Source: Octopus sinensis
Lineage: Eukaryota
DNA length: 64,000 nucleotides
Assembly: GCF_006345805.1 (NCBI RefSeq)
Contig: NC_043012.1
Span: 40,610,001 to 40,674,000, forward strand
Direction of reading: 5' to 3'
Shown: positions 24,760 through 38,446 of the stretch, piece after piece
Numbering within the stretch: position 1 is the stretch's first letter
Layout of the letters: each line of letters begins with the position of its first letter
Translations under genes and position numbers: made by a program
Notes under the pieces: generated by a model
Told to the model about the DNA's origin: nothing
Seen by the model: the letters and a program-made list of their open reading frames with translations, nothing else
The model's database searches: none

Positions 24760-25455
24760 AGGAGGAGGATGACGTTGATGGCAATTGTCATGGTGATGGT
24801 GATGGTGAGAATAAGGATTAAGATGGTGGAAGTGAAGGAGGGGGCGACGATATTTGGATGATCATAATGAGGGGAGTGGTGGTGATGGTGATGACGATGA
24901 TGACGATAATGGTAGTGCTGATGGCGCTAATGATATTGAAGAGGGTGATGATGACGATGATGCTAATGATGTCGACCATGATGATGACGATGACAACGAT
25001 AACGATGACGACGATGACAATACTGGTGACGATGATGATGGTAATGGCAGTGTTGGCGATTATAATAGTGATGCTGATGATGATGATGACGATGATGGCA
25101 ATGATGACGGCGATGATGACGATGACGATGGTGATGGTAGTGTTGGCGACGGTAATAATAATGATGAGGATGACAACACGAATTATTAATTCTCTGTGAT
25201 TTATTGTCATTGACGCAAATCAATGACAAAATAAAAGTTGGTGTCAAAAACAAAGAAAGCAAATAAGAAGAATAAAAAGAAAAGAAAAAAGAGAAACATG
25301 ATTTTCCGTAACTTGAAGTACCAAACCTTACAAAGAACGGAAAACAACAGCTGCATCAACAACAACAATATTAGCGACAACAACAACAACAACTACAACA
25401 ACAACAACTACAACAACTACAAGTGCAACAGCAGGAACAACAACAACGACAACAG
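24760..25455. repeat. degenerate (GAT/GGT)n and (AAC)n low-complexity tract
   Basis: Direct reading. Confidence 0.9.
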
Positions 25456-26340
25456 CGTGAGTTTTCTTGTTTGGAAGTAAAAAGCCAGGCTGAGACGATT
25501 TTTAATGAACCGGAAGTAAAGAGGGGACAGATTCCTGCTGATTAGCTCCTTCGGATTGGGGTCAGATCGACTTCCTGTTAATTTATGTAAGGTCGTCACT
25601 TGCCCTGCACCCTACTGTTGTTTATCATAGGTACGTGCGTGTGGTGAACTTCATTCGTTGACTTAGGTTGTTAATGTCAACACCAAGATACCGTGACCAC
25701 GACCACCACCACCGCAATTATTGTCGTCGACACCACTATAACCACTACGACACATGCCACGCAACCATAGTGTCTTCCACCACCTTCGTCACCATCACCA
25801 TGACCACCACAACCATCTTCGTCACCATTATCACCATAACCATCAGCACAACCACCACTACCACAATTTCTACTAGCACCGCCGCCGCCACCACCACCAC
25901 CACCACCACTAGCTCCACCGTCACCACCGCCTGCAAAACAAGGGAGATACTGTATGGGCGTTCTGCCTGATTTGTTGTATGTTATTGTTGATGGCTCCAC
26001 CCGCCCACCCCCAGGTTGGCCATTATTAATCAGATCAAAGATCGAAGACATTCTAGCCGTGGCCATGTCACCTTTTACCCTCAAATTCGTCTAAGTCAGT
26101 AGAGAGTTATTTATAGGCATATTTGGCTGTCATTTTCAGCAGTTTACTACACTGGCGCTCCTTCTGCTTGTATAATAAATTACCTGCCTACACACACACA
26201 CACACACACACACACCCGTACCCACTCTTGTCCTTACCCACGATTATCCCCTTACACTTATATTGTCATTTATACTTCAACCCCCACATATGCCCACACG
26301 TTTGTACAAGCTCATGCACACTCTCGTATGCACCCACACA

Positions 26341-27565
26341 CTCCCACAAATTAACACACGCCCACTTAATCAAACGCCCCCACACAACCAAACACACCCA
26401 CGTTCCCACACACCCCCACACACTCCCACAAATTCGCACACGCCCACTTAATCAAACGCCCCCACACAACCAAACACACCCTCGTTCCCACACACACCCA
26501 CACTCGTACACGCCCACACACTCCCACAAATTCGCACACGCCCACTTAATCAAACGCCCCCACACAACCAAACACACCCTCGTTCCCACACACACCCACA
26601 CTCGTACACGCCCACACACTCCCACAAATTAACACACGCCCACTTAATCAAACGCCCCCACACAACCAAACACACCCACGTTCCCACACACCCCCACACA
26701 CTCCCACAAATTCGCACACGCCCACTTAATCAAACGCCCCCACACAACCAAACACACCCTCGTTCCCACACACACCCACACTCGTACACGCCCACACACT
26801 CCCACAAATTCGCACACGCCCACTTAATCAAACGCCCCACACAACCAAAAACACCCTCGTTCCCACACACACCCACACTCGTACACGCCCCACACTCCCA
26901 CAAATAACACACGCCCACTTAATCAAACGCCCCACACAACAAACACACCCACGTTCCCACACACCCCCCCACACACTCCACAAATTCGCACACACGCCCA
27001 CTTAATCAAACGCCCCCACACAACCAAACACACCCTCGTTCCCACACACACCCACACTCGTACACGCCCACACACTCCCACAAATTAACACACGCCCACT
27101 TAATCAAACGCCCCCACACAACCAAACACACCCACGTTCCCACACACCCCCACACTCCCACAAATTCGCACACGCCCACTTAATCAAACGCCCCCACACA
27201 ACCAAACACACCCTCGTTCCCACACACACCCACACTCGTACACGCCCACACACTCCCACAAATTCGCACACGCCCACTTAATCAAACACCCCCACACAAC
27301 CAACCAAACACACACACATTCCTACACACACCCACACTCGTACACGCCCACACACTCCCACAAACTCGCACACGCCCACACAACAAAACACACTCGCACT
27401 CGTACATGCCCACGCACTCCCACAAATTCGCACACGCCCACTTAATCAAACACCCCCACACAACCAAACACACACACATTCCTACACACACCCACACACT
27501 CCCACAAACTCGCACACGCCCACACAACAAAACACACTCGCACTCGTACATGCCCACGCACTCGT
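26341..27565. repeat. C/A-rich minisatellite with 98-bp and 82-bp unit variants in higher-order arrangement
   Basis: CTCCCACAAA anchors at 26341, 26423, 26521, 26619, 26701, 26799, ~26895, ~26976, 27075, 27155, 27253. Confidence 0.95.
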
Positions 27566-27667
27566 AAAAGCCCACATAGTCATACATACCCACACACACG
27601 CCCACACAGCCAAACACACCTACACTCGTACACGCCCCTACATTCGTATATACTCCTATACACCCCT

Positions 27668-27705
<38 letters not shown>

Positions 27706-27869
27706 ATCCAGCACAGATGTGCATCATGTAATAGAATGTGCAACTCTTTGGTCAGACTCAAGAGTCATAAAAGGACTTCAATTGGCATCAACAATGACTC
27801 ATTTCAATGATTCTTTCTAGCAATGGCCTCCAGCTCCTATACGAGAAAGCAGCTACTATACATACGTGT

Positions 27870-28264
27870 GTGTATGCGTACGTGTATATTTATATATATA
27901 TATTATATATATATATATATATATTATCTAGATCTATATATATAATGGTGTGTTGTGGTGTGTGTGTACGTGTGTGTGCATATATATGTGTGTGTGTGTG
28001 TGTGTATATATAATATATATACGTGTTTATATTATATGTTGGGTATATATATAAGTGTGTTGTGTATGTATATATAATATATATATATATATTATATATA
28101 TTACATATATATATACGTGTGTGTGTATATATAAATACGTGTGTGTATGTATATATATATATATATATGTAGTGTGTGTGCATTATATTAAATATATATA
28201 TACGCGTATATATAATGTGTGGTGTCTGTGGTGTATATATATACACGTGTGTGTTTATTGTATG

Positions 28265-28295
<31 letters not shown>

Positions 28296-28591
28296 TGTGT
28301 GTGTGTGTGTGTACGCGTTGTGTGTGCATATATAGTGTGTGGTGTGTGTGTGTATATATAAATATATACGTGTTGTATTATATAATGTGGTGTATATATA
28401 TAGGGGTGTGTGTATATATATATATATTATAATATATATTATACATATATAATACGTGTGGTGTATATATAAATACGTTGTATGTAGTATATATATATAT
28501 ATGTACGTGTGTGTGCATATATAAATATATATACGCGTATATATATATGTGTGTGTGTCTGTGTGTGTGTATATATATACACGTGTGTATG

Positions 28592-28623
<32 letters not shown>

Positions 28624-28655
28624 ATATATGTGTGTGTGTGTGAGAGAGAGAGAGA
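27870..28655. repeat. compound (TA)/(TG) microsatellite
   Basis: Direct reading. Confidence 0.95.
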
Positions 28656-28910
28656 AAGAAAAATATAGTATGATGTGTAAAAATATACGTCTTTAAAATG
28701 TGTAACTTAGGAACGCAGCAGGTGAGAAGTTCGGTAAAATATGTAGAATGGTGTCAATACATGAAAACAAAGAAGATATTCTATTTTCTTAAATAGTTTA
28801 ACCCTTCTATAATATTTCGAGAAAGATATAACTTATCAAATATAAGGAAAGCACACAATTGAAGAACTCGAACAAATGCGCTATTACTAGCAAGCCATTC
28901 GCATGTGTTG

Positions 28911-28956
<46 letters not shown>

Positions 28957-29146
28957 TAATTATAAGGGCTTAGTAAATAAAAATTACTTTGCCACATACT
29001 GAACTCATTAGAAATAGCAGCTAAAGAAATTTCTTCAGCTATTTCTAATACTTAAAGAAGATCTCTCTCAGATAGGGTTTGCCTAAACTAACTCACAAAA
29101 GTTATGGGGGGGAAAAAAACATTAAAAAATCAAGTGCAAAGGTTAT

Positions 29147-29197
29147 TGAGGAACGTACGTTTCTAGATAGTCAATTCGACATTCTTTCTTCAGCTCA
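29147..29197 (-). ncRNA. degenerate type I hammerhead ribozyme motif
   Basis: UGAG CUGAAGA [stem II AGA..GUC/GAC..UCU] GAAAC GUAC GUU C(C)UCA. Confidence 0.5.
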
Positions 29198-29400
29198 GAA
29201 TTCCTTGAATCGGATTTGGGGAACACTGAAAGTCGGGGAGAGCATACCCTTTCGGCTTCTAATCACCTCTAGAATTCTGCTCGAACTAAAAGTGCTATCA
29301 AATTCGAATATGCAAGCGAAGAATTTCTGCTCTCCCCTTTCCACCAGCGTGGGTTAAAATTGACAAACACCATGTATTAACAATTGTTGAAATTATATAT

Positions 29401-29772
29401 ATATATATATATAAACGGCAAAATGTCTGTGTGTGTGGTGTGTATCCTTTATACAAATCCACAATTTTTCCAGTTAGATGGCTCGCACTTTCTATGGTCA
29501 TTCAAAACCGTCCAAGGGTGGTCGTGCACATCATTACGTTTCCCCAGTCACTCCGCTAAGCCATTAAAAAATCAATAGAAGTGACTTTTTTGCCAATTTT
29601 CTATCCAAAACCCAATCAAAATGCCCGAAACTTGATACGCTATTTGAATGCCAGCTAGCTGTATGTGATTGGTCGGAGATTTGGACAGTACTCGCGTGTA
29701 TGTGCGCACGCAGACAGCTGTATATGCATGCACTAGCACTATGACCCGGCAACGCCGGGTTCATAGTGCTAG
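29401..29772 (+). mobile_element. non-autonomous Helitron
   Basis: Begins (TA)nAAACGGCAAAATGTCTG; ends with hairpin CCCGGC-AAC-GCCGGG and terminal CTAG at 29769-29772. Confidence 0.7.
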
Positions 29773-31392
29773 AAGATATATATATATATATATATATAAT
29801 AATATATATATCTATATATATATATATATATATAATATATATATATATCTAATACTACTCACAATCCATTATTTGTTTCGAGCCACTTTTAACTTTTGAC
29901 TCCAACCCACTCAACACTGTCTTTGACTCTCGGAGACAAACTTAATGCTCTCGGTTGGTCTTCATTACAAACCCTTCATCAAAATTCCAAATAAATTTAT
30001 GTTCAAAAACACTAATAATATTTTATTAAGTTCTTCATTATCTCCAAAATTAATTTAAACAGAAACAATGTATATCAATAGAAAAATAGTTAGAGAAATG
30101 TTGAAGCACAAATAAAATTGCAAGAAGATTCTAGAATCCAGTTTAGAAGCAAAAAAAAAACAGAACTCTTAATCTTTCTTAATTATCACCTTTTAATGAT
30201 TTATAACCAAAATAGATTTATTACCAAAATAGATCGTAACAAATTTTCGCACTTATGATCCATGAAATTCCCACACGCACATGATATGAAGGGATTCAGG
30301 ACTAAGCTGTGGTGTGGAAGGTGGAACGGGTGGCAAGGTCGATGATGGAGACGATGTCATTCCGGAATGTAGAGATTCGTTCCAAGTGTTTGGAAAATTG
30401 TAACCGTTTAACCTATATTCCTAACATGTGGGACAATATGTCAGCCTTGACTCTCACGCTTGTCTCTCGGATCCATCATCATCATCATCATCACTGTCAT
30501 CAGTCACTGCCATCACTACCACCACCCGCATCGCCACCTACCATCGCCAATACCAAACCCTTCGTCATCGCCGTCACCAACACCATCGCCATCATCCTCG
30601 CCACCATCACTTCAGTCGTCATCATCAGTAACCCGCCCCCTTCACCATCATCCTTACCTCCCTCACGACCCTCCCCTCCATCTCCATCATCCCCATCATC
30701 GTCGTCATCACCTACTCCTTTCCCTCTCCTCATCAAACTCTTCTCGGAGAAACATCAAGTCGAATATATATTTTAAAAAAAGAAGTCGGCAGTGGTGGTC
30801 ATGGTGGTGTTGATTGTGATTGTGAGTGGAACGGCAAGCTTGTTGTTTAATCTCAGATCAGATCTGAGCGATCATTTGTGCCAACCGTGACCATCTCGCC
30901 CGTTTACAAGAAGGGTACTGCTGGTTACATAATTGAATGCTCTTCCTGTTTTTTAAGACATTTGAGGGAGATTTGGTTACTATTTCAAACAGATTGACCC
31001 TACAGATGCCTCCCTTTTGGCTCATAAGTCGAATTGCTGTTGTTGTTGTTGTTGTTGTTGTTGCGCGGTCCCTGGTTCCTCCTTGTCCCGGAAGTTCTAT
31101 AACTGAAAGACTCGTGGCCAAAAAAATACTCTCCTACACTTCGTCTCCGCTACTCTTTCATGTTGTGTCTCTTTCTAGCTGCATACTGCATGCAACAAAT
31201 GCAGTGATGAATTGTCTGGGGGTTATTGCACCCTATCCGTTATTGCCCGGTCCATTCACCTGAGTCCGTAGATTCTGGCGGTGACCAAGGTGGGGCTGGT
31301 CAGAGTGTGATGCTTATTGCTCTGCTACACTGATTGTTGGAGAGATACAAACCAGCATTGCGTTTATGACTATTAGATTATTGCTATTGCAC

Positions 31393-31440
<48 letters not shown>

Positions 31441-31642
31441 AATTTTGTCTGGGCTGAATAGAAATGCAGTCAGAATGACACAACTGGGCACAGCTGTTTC
31501 GGCGCTGGCGAACTGGCACAGCTGACTGGACGTTCAACCTGTTTTGGTAATATTTCGCACTAGAGGCAAACACAAACATTCAGAAATATACGTATAAAGA
31601 GAGAGGGAAAGACAAAGATTACACATACATACAAACATAGAT

Positions 31643-31698
<56 letters not shown>

Positions 31699-31905
31699 CA
31701 CACACACACATATATATATACATAGAGGGAAAGAACTAGAGAAACATTAAAACTTGTGTGTATGTACACATGCATGTATGTGTATATTATGTGTGTGTGT
31801 GTGTGTGTATATATATAGTGAGAATTTACAAAAAAACAAAAGACGAAGACGGATGTGTAAACAACAAACAGTTGCATGAGTTTAACGCTCGGGAAGTGAG
31901 GAAGT

Positions 31906-31941
31906 CTTTTACGTTTCGAGCCTACGCTCTTCGACAGAAAG
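31906..31941 (-). ncRNA. minimal type I hammerhead motif with A6U core change
   Basis: CUUU CUGUCGA A GAGC-GUAG-GCUC GAAAC GUA AAAG; stems I and II pair perfectly. Confidence 0.6.
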
Positions 31942-32051
31942 GAACACAGAAATAAACAGGGAAAGAAAATAAAAAAGGCTTAGTGGCTAGCGATCTATCA
32001 TGGCGAATATATATTCCATTAAATATTGGTGCTTTGTACCACTCATCTGTC

Positions 32052-32125
<74 letters not shown>

Positions 32126-32242
32126 CATACAACATACATACATACACAAATTATACACACACATATATCTATATATAACATTATATAACATTTTTATATT
32201 TACAACACATACATATACAAATTATACACGCACACATATATA

Positions 32243-32281
<39 letters not shown>

Positions 32282-32925
32282 GGGTATATATATATCTATT
32301 ATATATAATATATCTATAATATATATATATATATATATAATGTGTGCATGCGTGCGAATGAGTGAGTTTTAACCTTTGCGTTCAAAGGTCAAATGTTTTC
32401 AAATCGCAGCTTGTTTTGCAATATCAAACGTTGTCTGTTTGCTTTTTTATTTGCATATTTATTTATTTAATTCTTTATTTCCACGATTGGTTTTTAGTGT
32501 CGTAATTTAAATTACTTGGGCAATTAAATGCACTTTTGTTGGTGTTTAACACTCGGTTAACCCAGATCCAGCAGAACATTTATGATCAATGTCATTTAAT
32601 GCCCGCCCTGTCTTTGTTTTAAGTATAATGAACCCAGATTCCTCTATTTTTCAATATATTCTTCGTTATAGAAGTCAGTACAATCTGAGGGTGATTTAGC
32701 TGTTATTTCTTGGCAGATCAAGCGACCACATATCACTGAGTGAACGCCTTATTGCTGTATACAAGGTTTTTATATGATATTCCAAGCAACCCGTTTCTTT
32801 GACAATCATATTTTTGAAGCTCCGACGAAGCACTTAACTATAAGATCATTGCATGTTATAGCAGAAACATCTGTTAGCTAATGAAGTTCATTACATAATT
32901 TCTTGTTCCCTTTGTCATTTGATAA

Positions 32926-32962
<37 letters not shown>

Positions 32963-33063
32963 ATTATATAAATGACAAATATGCTTGTATGCTTGGGATG
33001 GGACACAAAATCGATAGCGGTGCTTAATGGCCATTAGACATACACACACAATGTATACGTGTG

Positions 33064-33114
<51 letters not shown>

Positions 33115-33309
33115 TGTTTGTGTGTGTGTGTGTGTGTGTGGTATGCACATATATGGGTGTACATATAAATATATATTCATACATACATCTTATATAGACG
33201 CTATATATACATATATCCATTCTAGATCACAACCGCCCGACAAACGGGAACGTGAAACTCTGAGTAGCAGTTTTTTTGTGATGTTTTTGCAGCTTTAATA
33301 ATAAAGTAT

Positions 33310-33535
33310 ATATATATATCTTTGTGCATATGTATACACATATATAGACAGATACATATGCATACATTACACACACATACGCACATATTCATATATATGT
33401 GTGTGCGTGGGTGTGTATATGTGTGTATGTATGTATGTATATATATATATATATATTAATATGTATATATATATAATGTATATATATGTATGTATATATA
33501 TGTATGTTATATATGTATGTATATATATGTATGTA

Positions 33536-33570
<35 letters not shown>

Positions 33571-33845
33571 TATGTATATATATGTATGTATATATAGTAT
33601 GTATATATATATGTATGTATTATATATATGTATATATTGTATGTATATATATGTATGTATATATATATATGTATATATATGTATGTATATATATATATAT
33701 ATGTATGTATATATATATGTATATATATATATGTATGTATATATGTATGATATATATATATATATATAATGTATATATATATATATATATTAATATGTAT
33801 ATATATGTATATATATGTATATATATATATATATATATACATGAA
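33310..33845. repeat. (TA)/(TATG) compound microsatellite
   Basis: Direct reading. Confidence 0.95.
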
Positions 33846-34228
33846 TGTCACACACACCACACACGCAACGCTATACAAGACACAGCGAGTGTGTGGTGGA
33901 CATTTTGCTGTTTCACACCATCTAAACCCGCTCTTTACACAGTAGCAGACGATAAATGTCCAGCAGACGATAAATGCCAGGCAAATGATAGATATCCAGT
34001 AGACATATTCGCTGTTGCGTCAAAAATAAATGGAGATGAAAACGTGCGTGGAAAATTAATGAGAAATTTTCTGATTCTAAAAACAGACGAACTTTAGATG
34101 TCTAACTAAGGTGATTTGAAGTATTTGCTTATATAACTGTCTCTGCCGATCTGGTGACTGCCATACTTTCTTACATAAGTAACTCAGAAACAGTGTAGAT
34201 GTTGGAGCGTTCAACTATCTACTTAGAG

Positions 34229-34534
34229 CTGTGGTTCATAACTCATTTTTACCTCTGGACCTTTTCGATTATTATTTAATTCTGGTGGACCCCCCCCCAC
34301 CCTCATAACCATTCAGTATTTAGAAACTAATTTTATTGATACTTCTTTCAAAATTCCTAGAATGAATTACGTAAAATATTAGAGAAAGAGACCAAGCTGT
34401 TTCTTGCATTACATTTCAATCAAACTTTTCATGGACCCTTAAAATACTGCTGGGGATCTATTTTGCTAGCGTGGACCTCCAAAAATCTTACATGGACCCC
34501 CAGGGGTTATATGCACCCCGGTTGAGAACCACTG
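34229..34534. mobile_element. hAT/Charlie-type MITE with perfect 8-bp TSD
   Basis: ACTTAGAG at 34221-34228 and 34535-34542; termini CTGTGGTTCATAAC...GGTTGAGAACCACTG. Confidence 0.92.
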
Positions 34535-34751
34535 ACTTAGAGTCTTATACAATAAAACACTGAGTGCTATCCTTAATCCTTTGAACGCAGGAAGTGGATA
34601 TATCCGCTCAAAACTATTGTTAAGTAGGGAAAGCGGTTTTACACCCTTGGCTTTGAAAAAACCTCACCATTTATGCTGCGAGAAGTGAAAACAGCCTCCG
34701 GGGATATTTTTTACTGAAGACAGTTTTTCAGGTTTTATTAAGTTTTTCATA

Positions 34752-35320
34752 TACGGGGTCAGATAAAAAAATGTATGGGAACTGGTACAATAAAAAGAAA
34801 ACAGCGACACATATTAATTAGGCATCTAATCTCCTTCAAAGTTGTCCCCTTCTGAAGCAGAACACTTTATTCACCGTCGTTTCCATTAATTGAAGTATTC
34901 ATGGCACACTCCCATTTCGGGATGGCCAGCAATTGCCTCCTCATCGCAACATCTTGGATTTCTTCGACGTCTTGATATCTTGTTGGGGTCTTCCACTGCG
35001 AAAACTAAACCTTGGTCATAGCCATAGATCCACAATTTTCCACCTGTTGTGACTGTTTTCAAAAAGCTTTGGTCTTCCTCGACACAACCAAGGAGATCCT
35101 GGGCAACGGAAACCTGATCTTCTCTTGGAGACGACCACACTCCACTCACTTTACTTTCAAGCACTGTTTTAAACAACGGAAGTGAGCGAGAACGTTATAA
35201 CTTAGTGTGCATGCGCAATAGAGATCAGGGTCAATCTGTGCTAAACGACTTCACACTGCGTACTTTAGCTCCGTTACCATAGCAACAGTCGAGATACCTT
35301 TTAAAGGGATTTCGTATTTT
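34752..35320 (-). mobile_element. internally deleted mariner element
   Basis: TA|CGGGGTC terminus on the left; transposase remnants inside; right TIR not clearly readable. Confidence 0.8.
34826..35176 (-). pseudogene. mariner (DD34D-type) transposase remnant
   Basis: VAQDLLGCVEEDQSFLKTVTTGGKLWIYGYD matches the FL..I.TGDE.W.Y.YD motif; C-terminal WKRR*IKCSASEGDNFEGD*; stops and a large internal deletion. Confidence 0.88.
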
Positions 35321-35911
35321 GTCAACTACTTCTTTACAGAGCAATAGCCAAATACTTTTCGTGGTGATTATGAAAACCGTAAAAATTATAGCAGAATCAG
35401 AAAATATCGATTCTAATTTTGGTGGATAATTAATATCATTACAGGAATGACCGCGAAAATTTAATTACGCAATCAAAGGGTGAATATAATCCTCAGAGAG
35501 AATTAGCGTGATACAGTTGTGCTTTGATGTAGTCAATCAGTGCATCTTCCGCACAGTTTCCATCAGTCAATTTTTATCCACAAGGTTTGTGTCGACATGA
35601 GGCTTTGGTGGAAGTTACTTGCCAAAAGTGCTACTAGTTAAGATCGAACCCAAAGCCTCGTGGCTGTGAAAAGACCTCCTCAAATATTCATTTATGCCTG
35701 AGCCTGTGTGTGTCTGTGTGTCCTCCACCTCATCTTGATAACCAGTGCTGGTGAGTTTACGTAGCGGTTCGGCAAAAGAGATCGTTAGAATAAGTACCAA
35801 GATTTACAAAAATAAGTACTGGCGTTGATTCGTTCGACTAAAAATTCTTCAAGGCGGTGCCCCAGTATGGCCGCAGTCTAATGACTGGAACAAGTAAAAG
35901 ATACAGGTATA

Positions 35912-35951
<40 letters not shown>

Positions 35952-36059
35952 AGCCCCAGTATCTATTTGGACGGAAAGGAGACAGTCAGGGTGTCTATTG
36001 TCTTGAATAACTTAAGCGTAGATAATTTAGAATTCACATCTCGTTCACTCCAGTAGCCT

Positions 36060-36092
<33 letters not shown>

Positions 36093-36457
36093 AAGAAAGA
36101 AAGGAAGAAAGGAAGAAAGAAAGAAAGAAAGGAAGAAAGAAAGAAAGAAAGGAAGAAAGAAAGAAATAAATAAATACGGGTGTTTAGTAAATGTCAGGAA
36201 CAGCCGACACCGCGTTACCATGTTTTTAATCCCAACCGCGGACTATTTACACAATCTATCATAAACAACCACTCGCCGCCAACAGCAATAACAACAGCAA
36301 TAACAAAAACAACAACGTCAACATCCTTTTGTAGAAACTATCAAACCATTCTACTTAAGCACGAAGTGAAAAGTCTAGAAACAAAAACCAGAAAATGGTG
36401 TAAAGAGCGGCGAAGAAGAAAAAAATAACCGCATCAAATAGGAAGAGAGCGAACAAA

Positions 36458-36530
36458 ATGGCGGATAACTTATGGACTTCCGTCTTTGGCGTTAAAAGAA
36501 ACGTGTGGCGGTCTGGGGAAGTGAGAAGGG
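36458..36530 (+). other. candidate first coding exon or YY1-like promoter motif
   Basis: CAAAATGGCGG (YY1-like and strong Kozak), ACTTCCG ETS-like site, MADNLWTSVFGVKRNVWRSGEVRR, donors AA|GTGAGA (36521) and GG|GTAAGC (36531); no downstream exon identified. Confidence 0.2.
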
Positions 36531-36649
36531 GTAAGCAAGGGGTGGGGATGCAGAAAAGCCAACAAACAAAAGCTTGGTTGATATTAGATATCAAACAATA
36601 AACATGTCACACCGCTGAAGATCTGTTTTTGTTTGAATGACAATGGCAC

Positions 36650-36950
36650 TCTCTCTCTCTCTCTCTCTTTCTCCCTCTTTCTCTCTCTCCCACTCTCTCT
36701 CTCTCTCTCTCTCCCCTCTCTCTTTATTCCCTTCATCTTTATCTATTTGGTCCTTCCTTTCTCAATCCCTCTCTTTATATCTCTCACCCTCTCCCTGTCT
36801 TTTTATATCTCCATCTCCGCGTTTGTCTCTCCTTTCTCTTTCCAATGTTCTCTCTCTCTCTCTCTCTCTCACTCTTTCACTCTCTCCTCTATTCTCTTTC
36901 CCGCCCACACTGTCTCTTTGTCTTCTATGCATACACACACACACATACTC

Positions 36951-37003
<53 letters not shown>

Positions 37004-37161
37004 TGATATATCCCAGACATAATACTAAGATCACCAACTGTCGTCATCTTGAGTTATCATTTCCATAATTCCTCTCTCATTAATGAATGGTTGGTGTGTG
37101 TGATAGAGAGAGTGTGGAAAGAGGGAGACACATAGAGAGAGGGAGGGAGCAGACACACACG

Positions 37162-37192
<31 letters not shown>

Positions 37193-37293
37193 TGAACGAA
37201 AGCAAACATCTTTATTCTGTTGAGAAGTGTGCGTGTGAGGAAGTACAGAAAATGGTAACAGGTTGGAAGTGTGACTGTATGTGTGTGAGAGAG

Positions 37294-37331
<38 letters not shown>

Positions 37332-37900
37332 AAAGAGAGAGAGAGAGCGTGTGAGTGTGTGTGTGTGTATGTGTGTGTGTGTGTGAGAAAGAAGAGAGAG
37401 AGAGAGAGAGAGTGTGTGTGTGTGTGCTTTGTTGTATTTATTCCGTCTCTAATCTTTGAGTTCTAATCCCGTTGAGATGGTTGACAAACATCAATCAACA
37501 AGTAAATCTCTCTCTCTCTCCCCCTCTCTCTCTCTCTCTCTCCCGCCTTCTCTATCACTTTCACTTTCTTTCTTTCGTTCTCTCTCTCCCCCTCTCTCCC
37601 TCCCTCTCACACACACACACAACACACACACAAACCAGTCATCTCTCTTGACACCATCTCTCTTACCCTCCCGCCTTCTCTCTCTCCCCTCCTCGCCATC
37701 TTGCTTTCCCGCCCTCTCTTCCTCTCCCTTATTCTCCCACCCTTTCTCTCTCTCTCTCACCATCTCTTTCTCCCTCTCTCCCATTTCTCTCACACTATCT
37801 TTCTTTCCTTCACCACATCTCTCCTACCATCTCTTGCTTTCTCTTTCTCTTCCCTCCTCTCTCTCTCTCTATCTCTCTCTTCCATTTCTCTCTCGCATGC
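36650..37900. repeat. (CT)/(GA)/(CA) microsatellite-rich polypyrimidine/polypurine block
   Basis: Direct reading. Confidence 0.9.
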
Positions 37901-38390
37901 ACACGGTATACTCAGCTGCTTTCTCTCATATTGTCAAAGACAATGCAATGTAGTTTGAATGACATTTCGTGGCTATTTCTTTTAGCAGATCGAGTGCCTG
38001 TATAGAAACTCCCTCGTCAACTTGTTAATGTCTGATGGTTTTTTGTATATCCCAGGTCAGTCCTGGTCAAGCAAACTAATGATCAAAAGCGTTCCAGCTA
38101 TGACCATCCCACGTTCAGCTATATTGTTTAACATGCGATATATATATTCTTTCAGACAACAGGATATGATTACGTGTGTGTGTGTCTTTGTCTATGTGTA
38201 TGTCTGTTTGTGTGTATGTGTGTGTGTGTATCTGTTTGTCTATGTGTGTGTGTGTGTGTGTGTATGTGTGTGCGTCTGTTTGTCTATGTGTGTGGTGTAT
38301 GTGTGGTGTGTCTGTTTGTCTATGTGTGTGTGTGTGTATGTGTGTGTGTCTGTTTGTCTATGTGTGTGTTGTGTGTGTGTTGTGGTGGTG

Positions 38391-38446
<56 letters not shown>

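Noticed and set aside
24854-25189. 111-aa Asp-rich ORF resembling acidic shell-matrix proteins
   Set aside because: One frame of degenerate (GAT)n is necessarily poly-Asp and open; no signal peptide or convincing splice sites; similar tracts are common in the window
26341-27565. CRISPR-like array
   Set aside because: Eukaryotic DNA; the supposed spacers are themselves repeated and there are no cas genes
33940-34005. 18-bp tandem giving [18 protein letters not shown]
   Set aside because: Only 2-3 copies, in frame with a microsatellite ORF, no splice support
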